DNA from: an uncultured Methanomassiliicoccus sp.
GTDB taxonomy: Archaea; Thermoplasmatota; Thermoplasmata; Methanomassiliicoccales; UBA472
Direction of reading: 5' to 3'
Assembly (NCBI GenBank): GCA_964585915.1
Contig: CAZPFU010000007.1
Location: forward strand, 11,912 to 75,911
Length of the DNA stretch: 64,000 bases
Part shown: piece after piece, positions 46,633 through 55,741 of the stretch
How positions within the stretch are numbered: position 1 is the stretch's first letter
Layout of the letters: each line of letters begins with the position of its first letter
The notes under the pieces: generated by a model
The model's database searches: none
What the model was told of the DNA's origin: nothing
The model's input: only the letters and a program-made list of their open reading frames with translations
Made by a program: the position numbers and the translations under genes

Positions 46633-47997
46633 ATGAAGGGTATATCCAGCCGCACGCTGCAAGGGGTCCTGTTAGGCTGGGCCATAGCTTTCGAGGGCTT
46701 CTTCGCGCTCAGCCTGGCGAACGTGACCAGCATAGACGGCATCGGGACCATCATGGCCTCGACGTTCCGGCTGGCCGCGGTCCAGCTGGCCGCCCTTGGA
46801 GTGTTCATCTCCGCGGTCTGGGCCTTCAAGATGGCCTTCCCCGACCTGGAGAAATCCATCCTCATCAAACTGTTCAACCTTTTAGCCTATCTCGCCATGG
46901 CCGTAGTGGCGGCCGAGGGGATCGCGATGGCGGTGCTCGCCGGCGACATCAGCATAACCGATTTCGGTGGGGTGGGAAAGAAATGGGTCGTCCTGGTCGG
47001 CGCCCAGCTATTCGCCGTCGGCCTGATCTCCCTGCGCCTTTGGAGGCTCCGCAACGTCACGCCGGAGAACTGGCTGACCGATTCATCAGGTCAGGCATCC
47101 GCCGCGCTCATCGCCCTGGAAGGTTTGGTCGCCTACGGCATCGCCGGCACCACCCGGGTGATCGGCATCGCCGGCTTTCAGGAGAGCACCATCGCCAACG
47201 GCGGCCTCCTGTTGATGGCCATCGGTCTTTCCATGTTCATTCTGTGGACCTTGCCCTATGATCCCTGGTTATCGCTCAAGCTCCCAAAGAAGCTCATGCG
47301 ATGGCCGAGCATGTTGGCGATGACCGTTCTGGGCGGGACCATCGCCGCCGGCTGCGTCTTCGCCACCTATCACGTCGGACCGGTGGACGTGGAAGGCGTG
47401 GGCAGCGTGAGCAAGATCGTGGTGGTCGCCGGGGTCTCCCAGCTCTTCGCCCTAGGTCTGGCCGCGCCCATGCTCTGGAAGGTTCGCAAGGAGCCGTTCG
47501 ACCGTAAGTACCTGGGCGTGCTGATGGTCACCTTGGCCCTCTCCCTGCTGGCGTTGGAAGGGGTGTTCGCCATGGCCTTGGCCGCCAACACCTATATCGA
47601 AGGATTGGGCGGGATACTGGAAAGCACCTTCCGCCTGGCCGGCGCCCAGCTTCTGGTCCTATCGTTGATCGCCATCTTCGCCTGGCTGGTCAAGGACAGC
47701 CCTCTGCTGTCCACATGGCCCAAGCGCATAATGTCCTCGGCGTTCCTGGTCGCCGCGGCGACGATCGCCCTGGAAGGTCTGGCGGTCATCCTGATGGCCG
47801 TGAACATCCGCATCGACGGGTTCAGCGGAGTGGGGGAGAGGTACGTCCTGCTAGGCGGCCTGCAGATGGCGCTTCTCGCCTCCATCGCCCTGGTGTTCTG
47901 GGCCAGGACCAGGGGCATCACATCGAATTTCAGGTTGGCCGGTACCGCGGCCGCGGCCTTCGTGGTCCTCCTGGTGCCCATCGCCCTGTTGTTGTGA
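46633..47997 (+). CDS. Polytopic membrane protein made of six ~72-aa two-helix repeats (unknown family)
   Basis: Repeats are anchored on the (A/L)EG motif at aa 21, 95, 163, 309 and 381, with a degenerate copy near aa 234. Each contains '..I.G.GG....F.L.G.QL..L.L....W'. Confidence 0.8.
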   Translation: MKGISSRTLQGVLLGWAIAFEGFFALSLANVTSIDGIGTIMASTFRLAAVQLAALGVFISAVWAFKMAFPDLEKSILIKLFNLLAYLAMAVVAAEGIAMAVLAGDISITDFGGVGKKWVVLVGAQLFAVGLISLRLWRLRNVTPENWLTDSSGQASAALIALEGLVAYGIAGTTRVIGIAGFQESTIANGGLLLMAIGLSMFILWTLPYDPWLSLKLPKKLMRWPSMLAMTVLGGTIAAGCVFATYHVGPVDVEGVGSVSKIVVVAGVSQLFALGLAAPMLWKVRKEPFDRKYLGVLMVTLALSLLALEGVFAMALAANTYIEGLGGILESTFRLAGAQLLVLSLIAIFAWLVKDSPLLSTWPKRIMSSAFLVAAATIALEGLAVILMAVNIRIDGFSGVGERYVLLGGLQMALLASIALVFWARTRGITSNFRLAGTAAAAFVVLLVPIALLL

Positions 47998-48049
47998 GAA
48001 TTACGGCAATTCTTATATTCGGGCTGCACAGATTCGGTGGTTTGATATT

Positions 48050-50017
48050 ATGGCAACAAGAAGACTGGGATTGGGTCTGGACACCGGCGGGACCTACACC
48101 GACGCGGCGATCGTGGACATGGACAACATGGAGGTGCTGTCCAAGGGCAAGTCAAAGACCACTTATCATGACCTATCCATAGGCATCCTGGGGGCCATCG
48201 ATGAGGCCTTAAGGAGCGACGCCTTCGACCGGTCGGACATCCAATTCGTCGGCCTATCGACCACCCTCGCGACCAACTCCATCCTGACCGGGAAGGGGGG
48301 AAAGGTCGGACATATAGGCATAGGCTGGACGCCAATGGGCGATTATCGGTCAGGAGCGGACCTGGACGTCTACATCAAAGGCGGCCATGGGGTATGGGCT
48401 CAGCAGGTCGCTCCCCTGGACACCGCTGCCCTGGTGGAGGCCGTGGAGGATATGCAGACAGAGGTCGATTCGTTCGTTGTCTCCAGTCATTTCAGCGTAT
48501 ACAACCCCGCGCACGAGCTGGAGGCCGCCCGCATCATCAAGCAGCGCACCGGACTTCCGGTAGTGCTAGGACATCATCTCACCTCCCAGCTCGGCGTCCC
48601 GGAGAGAAGCGTGACCGCGGTGCTCAACGCCCGCCTGCTGCCGATAATCTCCGATTTCCTGGACGGGGTCGAGCGTTCCCTTAAGGAAAGGGGCGTCGAC
48701 GCCACCATCCTGGTGTTCAAGGGGGACGGAACGCTTATGAACATCGAGAAAGCCCGCGAGAGGCCGGTGGAGACCATCCTCTCCGGACCGGCGGCCAGCC
48801 TGATGGGCGGCAAGCTGCTCTGCAGGGAGGACAACTTCATCGTGGTGGACATCGGAGGCACGTCCACGGACATCGCCTATCTGGACGAAGGGTTCCCGCG
48901 CATCTCCAAGGAAGGAGCCACCGTCGGCCGCTGGCGCACCAGAGTGCGTGCCATTGACATCTGGACGGTGGGATTGGGCGGCGATTCCCATGTGGTGTCC
49001 GATCAGAGGGGCAACTTCAAGATCGGGCCGGAGCGGGTGATACCGCTCTCGGTGGCCTCCTCGTCCTATCCCTGGATCAAGGAGAGGATGAACGCCACCA
49101 GCGAGACGAACTACTATCTTCACGTGGAAAGGGCGGTAACCAAACTCTCCCCCAAGGAGAGGTCGGTCTACGAGTTCGTCAAGGTCCATCCCATCTGCAC
49201 CCTGGAGGAGATACGCCTCGGCAATCCTGAGGTGTACACCTATCGGGACGTGGTCAAGCACCTGAAGGACCGTGGGTTCCTGCAGATGACCGGCCTCACC
49301 GCCACCGATTTCATGCACGTGCAGGGTTACTTCGACCGCTTCGACGTGGAGGCCGCCGCTCTAGGCGTTCAGTTCATGGCCAACTGGGGGCACAAATCCT
49401 TCGAGGATTATGTGGATTCCTTCCAGCAGGAGTTCATCACCAGGGTGGGCGAGGAGATCATGCGCAAGGTGGTCCTTGACGAATCGGGGGATATGGAGGG
49501 TACGCCCGGCTTCAACTACCTTCTGCGTTCCGCCGTCAACGGCAACCGCGGCAGCAGCATAACCTCGTTAACCGGATTGGACCGGCCTCTGGTGGGCATC
49601 GGCGCTCCGACTCACATCTATATGCCGTCCCTGGAGAAGCGTATGAACGTCAAGGTCATCATGCCCCGGGACCACGACGTCGGCAATGCCGTGGGAGCGG
49701 TGTGCAGCCAGATCTCAGAGACGGTCACTGCGCAGGTCTTCCCCAACGCGGACAACGTCTTCTTCGTCCTCGGTCCTTTCGGCACGCCGGTCACCTACGG
49801 TCATCTGGAACAGGCCGTGAGCGCTGCCCGGCGGCAGGCCGAGGAGTACGTGAGGAACAGGGTGTACGAGGCGGGAGCGGAGAACATCCGGGTCCGCAGC
49901 GATATAAGCGAGAACAAGTTCTACGGCGGGGACAACGTGGAAGGGGAGCAGACCGCCTGGGTGGACATCGTGGCCAGGGCTACGGGGGATCCCGCGCCCA
50001 AGCTGAAGAAGGCGTAA
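48050..50017 (+). CDS. Hydantoinase/oxoprolinase (HyuA-like, ASKHA fold) family protein with long C-terminal extension
   Basis: 'LGLGLDTGGTYTDAAIV', 'VVDIGGTSTDIA', 'IWTVGLGGDS'. 655 aa. Confidence 0.8.
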   Translation: MATRRLGLGLDTGGTYTDAAIVDMDNMEVLSKGKSKTTYHDLSIGILGAIDEALRSDAFDRSDIQFVGLSTTLATNSILTGKGGKVGHIGIGWTPMGDYRSGADLDVYIKGGHGVWAQQVAPLDTAALVEAVEDMQTEVDSFVVSSHFSVYNPAHELEAARIIKQRTGLPVVLGHHLTSQLGVPERSVTAVLNARLLPIISDFLDGVERSLKERGVDATILVFKGDGTLMNIEKARERPVETILSGPAASLMGGKLLCREDNFIVVDIGGTSTDIAYLDEGFPRISKEGATVGRWRTRVRAIDIWTVGLGGDSHVVSDQRGNFKIGPERVIPLSVASSSYPWIKERMNATSETNYYLHVERAVTKLSPKERSVYEFVKVHPICTLEEIRLGNPEVYTYRDVVKHLKDRGFLQMTGLTATDFMHVQGYFDRFDVEAAALGVQFMANWGHKSFEDYVDSFQQEFITRVGEEIMRKVVLDESGDMEGTPGFNYLLRSAVNGNRGSSITSLTGLDRPLVGIGAPTHIYMPSLEKRMNVKVIMPRDHDVGNAVGAVCSQISETVTAQVFPNADNVFFVLGPFGTPVTYGHLEQAVSAARRQAEEYVRNRVYEAGAENIRVRSDISENKFYGGDNVEGEQTAWVDIVARATGDPAPKLKKA

Positions 50018-50172
50018 CGGCGTCCCCACGGTGATGCGGCGGTGACCTTCAAATGGTCATGCTGGACCACACTCAGAGGGCAAACTGTTTCTAGAATATT
50101 TTAAATAGTATTTATTGTTTACCTCCTGTAATTACAAAATAAATTGAAATTGAAGGTGGTCCGACGGAAGGC

Positions 50173-51216
50173 ATGTTGTTCGGGGCTTTGCAGAGCGGCA
50201 TCGACGGTTTGATCGAATACGTTTCACAGCACACCTTGACCTGTCTGATACCGGCGTTCTTCATCGCCGGGGCGATCGCGGCCTTCGTCAAGAAGGAGGC
50301 CATCCTGAAGTACTTCGGGCCGCAGACCAAGAAGTACGTATCTTACCCGGTAGCCTCGATCTCCGGCCTGGTGCTGGCGGTCTGCAGCTGCACCATACTT
50401 CCCCTGTTCACCGGGATCTATAAAAAAGGAAGCGGTCTCGGTCCGGCGGTGACGTTCCTGTTCGCCGGCCCGGGCATCAACATACTGGCTATCATATATA
50501 CCGCCCAGGTGTTGGGTTACGACATCGGGATCGCCCGGGCGGTCGCCGCCATAGGCATGTCATTGCTGGTCGGTCTGATCATGGCGACGCTGTTCCGCGG
50601 AGAGAAGCATATGGGCGAGTTCAAGCTTCTCTCCAGCGGCGGGGACAAGCCCAAATGGGTCATCCTCAGCTTCTTCCTCCTCCTGGGCCTCATACTGGTC
50701 ATCGGCGCCTCCCAGCTGGATTGGCTGGTGAAGCTGCCCATCGTTTACGCCTTGACGTTGGTGGTGGCCTACCTTGCGATATACCATTTCGAGAGGGATG
50801 AGATCACTGACTGGGGAATGGAGACCTGGGACCTGACCAAGAAAATATTACCGATATTGCTCATAGGAACGTTCGCGGTCGGGGTTCTCGCCTATTTCCT
50901 GCCACCGGAGACCTTCGCCCCATACCTGGGGAACAACTCGATCTCAGCGAACCTCATAGCATCCGTACTGGGGGCCATCCTTTACATGCCGACCTTGCTC
51001 GAGGTGCCTATAATCGGCACCACGTTCGGATACACCACCGGAGCGATGGCCGCCGGTCCGGCTCTAGCGCTACTTCTGGCTGGTCCGACGATAAGCGCTC
51101 CTTCCCTAGTGGTGTTGGCCCGGGTCATGGGTGTGAAGAAGACGCTGACCTATGCGGTCCTAGTTGTGATCATGTCCACCATCGCCGGAATGATCTTCGG
51201 ATCATTGGTCGGGTGA
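50173..51216 (+). CDS. DUF318/ArsP-like permease
   Basis: 347 aa, about 8-10 TM segments, 'LAVCSCTILPLF' Cys pair in a TM segment. Followed by a thioredoxin-like gene, the usual partner of this family. Confidence 0.8.
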   Translation: MLFGALQSGIDGLIEYVSQHTLTCLIPAFFIAGAIAAFVKKEAILKYFGPQTKKYVSYPVASISGLVLAVCSCTILPLFTGIYKKGSGLGPAVTFLFAGPGINILAIIYTAQVLGYDIGIARAVAAIGMSLLVGLIMATLFRGEKHMGEFKLLSSGGDKPKWVILSFFLLLGLILVIGASQLDWLVKLPIVYALTLVVAYLAIYHFERDEITDWGMETWDLTKKILPILLIGTFAVGVLAYFLPPETFAPYLGNNSISANLIASVLGAILYMPTLLEVPIIGTTFGYTTGAMAAGPALALLLAGPTISAPSLVVLARVMGVKKTLTYAVLVVIMSTIAGMIFGSLVG

Positions 51217-51268
51217 TCTGGATGACAAATTGATAGTTCGTTAAACACAATGAGGACAAGTGAGAACG

Positions 51269-51502
51269 ATGAGGATAGAGGTGTTCGGTACTGGGTGCGC
51301 CAAGTGTAAAAGGCTTGAGAAGAACGTCCATGAAGCATTGGCCAAGAGCGGGATCAAAGCGGAAGTGATCAAGATCGAGGACATCGACGCCATAACCGAC
51401 CGCGGTATCATGGTCACCCCGGCGTTGGCCATCGACGGTGATGTAAAACTGATGGGCAAGGTACCCTCGGTCGATGAATTGGTAGAATTTTTCAGGGCGT
51501 GA
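51269..51502 (+). CDS. Thioredoxin-fold 'redox-active disulfide protein 2'-like protein
   Basis: 'MRIEVFGTGCAKCKRL...TPALAIDGDVKLMGKVPS', 77 aa. Confidence 0.8.
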   Translation: MRIEVFGTGCAKCKRLEKNVHEALAKSGIKAEVIKIEDIDAITDRGIMVTPALAIDGDVKLMGKVPSVDELVEFFRA

Positions 51503-51909
51503 CGGACATGGAGGAGATAAAGTGTTCCTGCCAGGGCGGAACGGTCATCATGTACTCCTGCTCAGGTAACGCCAACCTGGGCCAGGCCTGCAATGAGCTG
51601 GCACAGCGGCTCATGGAGCGGGGTGTGGGAAGAATGGGCTGCCTGGCCGGCGTGGGTGGGCATGTGCCGAACATGGTCCTTTCAGCCCAGAGCGCGGACG
51701 AGATCATCGTCCTCGACGGATGTCAGATGGGCTGTGCTTTGAAGATTATGGAGCACGCCGGGGCCAAGGCATCCGTTCATCTGGTGGCCACCGAGATCGG
51801 TCTGGTCAAGAAGAACGGCAAGAGGTGGACAGAGGACGAGGTCCAGGCGATGGACGAGGCCCTAGCTCAACTCAGACCTTCTCGAAACGGGTTCGTACGA
51901 ATCGAGTGA
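51499..51909 (+). CDS. DGC-domain (putative metal-binding) protein
   Basis: 'YSCSGNANLGQ' and 'VLDGCQMGCALK' (DGC motif). The GTG start overlaps the preceding TGA; the alternative is ATG 51508. Confidence 0.7.
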   Translation: MTDMEEIKCSCQGGTVIMYSCSGNANLGQACNELAQRLMERGVGRMGCLAGVGGHVPNMVLSAQSADEIIVLDGCQMGCALKIMEHAGAKASVHLVATEIGLVKKNGKRWTEDEVQAMDEALAQLRPSRNGFVRIE

Positions 51910-52285
51910 TGTCCTCCCTGGCCTGACGGAAGGCAGCAAGCCTTTCATCATGATCGCCTTCCACAGCTGACGGGTCTGGGAGACCGGCATGCTCATGGTC
52001 CTTGGCCCCGGAAAAGAACGGGCATATCTCGTTCGCCCCGTCGCATACCGTGACGGCCAGGTCGAACCTCTCGTTCTTGAACTCGTCCAGGTGCTTGGAC
52101 CGGTTCCCGGAGATGTCTATCCCCAGCTCGGACATCACCTCGATGGCCAGATGGTGAACAGTTCCTGGTCTGGTGCCCGCGCTTCGGGCCTCCACCCGTC
52201 CGGAGAAGAGCGAGTTGGCAATTCCTTCGGCCATCTGACTCCGGGCCGAGTTGTGGGTGCAGATGAAAAGAACGCGGTAGGTCAT
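51872..52285 (-). CDS. arsC: Arsenate reductase (LMW-PTPase family)
   Basis: 'VLFICTHNSARSQMAEG' CX5R P-loop, 137 aa. Confidence 0.9.
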   Translation of the reverse strand: MTYRVLFICTHNSARSQMAEGIANSLFSGRVEARSAGTRPGTVHHLAIEVMSELGIDISGNRSKHLDEFKNERFDLAVTVCDGANEICPFFSGAKDHEHAGLPDPSAVEGDHDERLAAFRQAREDITRFVRTRFEKV

Positions 52286-52345
52286 GGTATCCTATTACGA
52301 AAAGCAAAGTATTTCAATATATTTTGAACTATCTCCTATTAGAGC

Positions 52346-53437
52346 GTGAGACCTCTGACCGAGCAGACCGCCAAGCTGTCTTTCCTCAACAAATTCCTGA
52401 CCGTCTGGATATTCCTAGCCATGGCCTTAGGGGTTGGACTCGGCATCACCATTCCCGGGCTGGCCGAAGCTCTTGATTCCTTAAGCGTAGGCACCACCTC
52501 CATCCCAATCGCCATTGGGCTGATCTTGATGATGTTCCCGCCTTTGGCCAAAGTACGATACGAGGACCTGCCCAAGATCACCGGGATGCCCGAAACCAAG
52601 AGGATGTTCTCCGTCTCGCTTTTGCTCAACTATCTGGTCGGTCCAATGCTCATGTTCGCCCTGGCCTGGATTTTCCTGCCCGACCTTCCGGAATACCGCA
52701 TCGGTCTCATCCTAACCGGCATTGCCCGCTGCATTGCCATGGTCCTGGTCTGGAACCAACTGGCAAAGGGGGATTCAGAGTACGCCGCCGTACTTGTGGC
52801 CTTGAACTCCCTATTTCAGATCGTCCTGTACGCTTTCTACGCTTACTTCCTGGTCTTCATGCTCTCCGACGCCCTCGTACCCGGTTCGGGCGTGCAGGTG
52901 GACATCACTATGGTGGAGGTCGCCATCACCGTGCTGATCTATCTGGGGATACCCTTCTTCGGAGGGATGCTCACCAGGTACGCCCTCCGGAAGCGCAAAG
53001 GGGCGGAATGGTACGACGGGCGGTTCTTGCCGGTCACGGGCAAGGTATCGCTGCTCGCCCTCCTATTCACCATCATGATCATGTTCTCTCTGAAAGGCGA
53101 GTACCTGGTGCAGCTGCCTCTGGACGTTGTGCGCATCGCCATACCTCTGTTGATCTACTTCCTGACGATGTTCCTCCTCTCCTTCTATCTCTCCATAAAG
53201 TTGCGTTTCGATTATCAGCATGCCGCGGCGCAATCGTTCACCGCCTCCTCCAACAACTTCGAGCTGGCCATTGCCGTGGCCATCGGAGTGTTCGGGATCG
53301 GATCAGGAGTGGCCTTCGCCGCGGTGGTAGGGCCTCTGGTGGAGGTCCCGGTGTTGATAAGCCTAGTCAATATGTCGCTGTGGTTCAAGGGACAGTACTT
53401 CGACCAGGATGGAAAAATAAAGAAAAAGAAAGGATAA
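52346..53437 (+). CDS. acr3: Arsenite efflux transporter, ACR3 family
   Basis: 363 aa, 10 TM segments. '[16 protein letters not shown]', '[13 protein letters not shown]' (conserved Cys), '[12 protein letters not shown]'. Confidence 0.92.
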   Translation: MRPLTEQTAKLSFLNKFLTVWIFLAMALGVGLGITIPGLAEALDSLSVGTTSIPIAIGLILMMFPPLAKVRYEDLPKITGMPETKRMFSVSLLLNYLVGPMLMFALAWIFLPDLPEYRIGLILTGIARCIAMVLVWNQLAKGDSEYAAVLVALNSLFQIVLYAFYAYFLVFMLSDALVPGSGVQVDITMVEVAITVLIYLGIPFFGGMLTRYALRKRKGAEWYDGRFLPVTGKVSLLALLFTIMIMFSLKGEYLVQLPLDVVRIAIPLLIYFLTMFLLSFYLSIKLRFDYQHAAAQSFTASSNNFELAIAVAIGVFGIGSGVAFAAVVGPLVEVPVLISLVNMSLWFKGQYFDQDGKIKKKKG

Positions 53438-53455
53438 AAAAGGGATTTGGGGCGT

Positions 53456-54481
53456 TTAGCCCTTGACGGCCTTGACCACGGCGGCCAGGTTGTCGTCGGA
53501 TATGAGGGCGGACAGCCCGCATCCCGGGGAGATCACGTCGAAACCGGCGGCCACGCAGCGCTTGGCATGGGCCATGCAGTCCGCGGGGGTTCCCTGCAGC
53601 AGCGGGTTGACGACGCCGATGTTCCCGATCAGGGCGGCGCGCTTGTTGACGATCTTGACGCCCTCTTCCGGAACGACCTTCTCCTCGATGGACAGGGCCT
53701 TGCATCCGGTCTTGATCATGTTGTCCAGGATGTCGGTGGTGTTGCCGCAGATGTGCAGAACGCCAGTGGCTCCCTTGACCGGGGCCAGCGAGTCAGCCAG
53801 GTAGGCACCCGCGTACTCGTTGAACATGTCAGGGGAGAGCAGGTCGGTGCTGGCGGACGGCTCGGACATCTGAACGACGTCGGCTCCGGCGTCAGCCAAT
53901 GCCTGGCTGTATCCCTTGCATATCACGTTGGCGGCCTTGGTCCACTTGTGCACCAGGTCCGGGTCGACCATGATGTACAGCACGAGGTTCTCGGTGCTGA
54001 CCAGGTGACCGGCCAAGGTGAACGGTCCGGTGTTGCCGGCGATGACCGGGTACTCGGCGCCGAACTGGGCCTTCATCTTCTTTATGGCTTGCTGGCAGAT
54101 GGCCGCGCGGCCGCTCTTCAAGAACTCATCGACCGACATCAGGGCGGGGTCGTCCTCGAGGGCGAAGGGGTGTCCCTTCACCATCGGGGTCCTGTCCTTG
54201 CGGCCCTGCTCGACGGTGGTGACCTTCAGGCTGTCTATCTCGGCGGTCAGGCAGAACGGGGCCCTAACGGCCTCGAACCCGAACACCTTGGCCTGCCCGG
54301 ATCCCAGCTTGACCATCTTGTCAACGTCGTAGTGGGCTTCCGGCCAGGAAACACCGAGCTTGTCCATCTGTCCCATGGTTGCGCTCTGGGTGAACACGGC
54401 GACCGGCGGCCGGTCGTGCTGCTTTCCCTTCAACGCATCCAACACTCTGTCCCTTGGAGTCAATTTTTCAGACAAATTCAT
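53456..54481 (-). CDS. Methylcobamide:CoM methyltransferase (MtaA/MtbA, URO-D family)
   Basis: 'RVLDALKGKQHDRPPV', 'HICGNTT' and 'ISPGCGLS' Zn ligands. 341 aa. Confidence 0.9.
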   Translation of the reverse strand: MNLSEKLTPRDRVLDALKGKQHDRPPVAVFTQSATMGQMDKLGVSWPEAHYDVDKMVKLGSGQAKVFGFEAVRAPFCLTAEIDSLKVTTVEQGRKDRTPMVKGHPFALEDDPALMSVDEFLKSGRAAICQQAIKKMKAQFGAEYPVIAGNTGPFTLAGHLVSTENLVLYIMVDPDLVHKWTKAANVICKGYSQALADAGADVVQMSEPSASTDLLSPDMFNEYAGAYLADSLAPVKGATGVLHICGNTTDILDNMIKTGCKALSIEEKVVPEEGVKIVNKRAALIGNIGVVNPLLQGTPADCMAHAKRCVAAGFDVISPGCGLSALISDDNLAAVVKAVKG

Positions 54482-54648
54482 TCCCCCTATAATCCAGTAG
54501 GATTCTGACCTGTTCCGAGTATCTTATTTTCCGTACATTAATCTATCGGGTATGGATGCGAACGCAGCATCCTTTAACAGTAGTTGAAAATATTCTCCTG
54601 GCTCGACCGCTAACAGGTGAAACGATTGTAAAAAATCTTAACAAACGT

Positions 54649-55701
54649 TCAACCATCGGACGGCATACCGGTTGCGCACCTCGCCGTCGCCTCGCGCAGG
54701 GCGATGATGTTCTCCACCGGGGTCTTGAAGGCCATCTCGCATCCCGGGGCGATCATGTATCCCGGACCGCCGCCCCAATCTTTCATCATCGCTTTGACCT
54801 CGTCCGCCACCTGCCCCGGGGTGCCTTTGAAGAGGAGGAACGTCTGATCAATCCCGCCTATCATAGTGGTTCTGGAACGGAACTTGTCGTAGATCTCCTT
54901 GCGGTCCATGGCCTTGGGGGTGAGATGCAAACCCTCCATCGTCATTTTCAGATAGCCGTCCAGGTAAGGGTTCGCCGCGCAATTGTGGACGATGGACCTT
55001 ATACCGTTAGAACGGAAGGAGGATAGGAGCTTGGCAAGATACCCCAGGTCGAACCTTTCCAGCCCCTCGATGGAGTTGACGTCCGGCGAACAGGTGCCGT
55101 CCTCTATGAACACATAACCGACGCCCGATCCAGAAAGGTGCTCGCCGTACATGCGAGATGATTCAATGATGCGGTCCATAAGCTGGGCGGCCAGGTCAGG
55201 CTCGGACCAGGTGGACATGAGCAGATTCTCGTAACCCATGACCTCCCCGCTCATCATCACCGGTCCGTTTATGCAGCCGACCACCGCCACCTCGTTGCCG
55301 TGGCGTTCCTGCAGCAGCCCCGCGGCCCTGAGCGGAACGGACCAGAACTCGTCCTTCATCGGATCGACCGGTTGCACCTTGTCAAGTTCCTCCAACGAAG
55401 ATATGGCGTAGCCGTCCGCTCTCGGATAATAGTCCTTCTCCGGCCACCTCCACCTGGTGCCGTGAGCCCTGGCCTCCACCAGGATGTCGCCCCAGCCGGC
55501 CATGACGTTGTCGAAGCCGGTTATCCTCTGGGCCATGAGGCAGATCTTGGCGAACTTCTCCGGGTCGTGGAAACCCTCCCGCATGGTGAGCCCGGCGGCG
55601 TTCAGAACGGTGCGGGCGGCGCCCAGGTGCTGGTACATGATCGGCGGTCGGTCGTAAGGCGTCCTCTCGAAGGCCGCTTCGAACCTCTCACGCGGGAACA
55701 T
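54649..55701 (-). CDS. Divergent URO-D/MtaA-family methyltransferase
   Basis: 'YDRPPIMY', 'HNCA' and 'APGCE' retain the His/Cys/Cys Zn ligand pattern. By eye it aligns poorly with the adjacent MtaA outside these motifs. Confidence 0.8.
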   Translation of the reverse strand: MFPRERFEAAFERTPYDRPPIMYQHLGAARTVLNAAGLTMREGFHDPEKFAKICLMAQRITGFDNVMAGWGDILVEARAHGTRWRWPEKDYYPRADGYAISSLEELDKVQPVDPMKDEFWSVPLRAAGLLQERHGNEVAVVGCINGPVMMSGEVMGYENLLMSTWSEPDLAAQLMDRIIESSRMYGEHLSGSGVGYVFIEDGTCSPDVNSIEGLERFDLGYLAKLLSSFRSNGIRSIVHNCAANPYLDGYLKMTMEGLHLTPKAMDRKEIYDKFRSRTTMIGGIDQTFLLFKGTPGQVADEVKAMMKDWGGGPGYMIAPGCEMAFKTPVENIIALREATARCATGMPSDG

Positions 55702-55741
55702 GCGCCCTAATGCGCATGCGTTTTAGATATCCTTTACCTGT

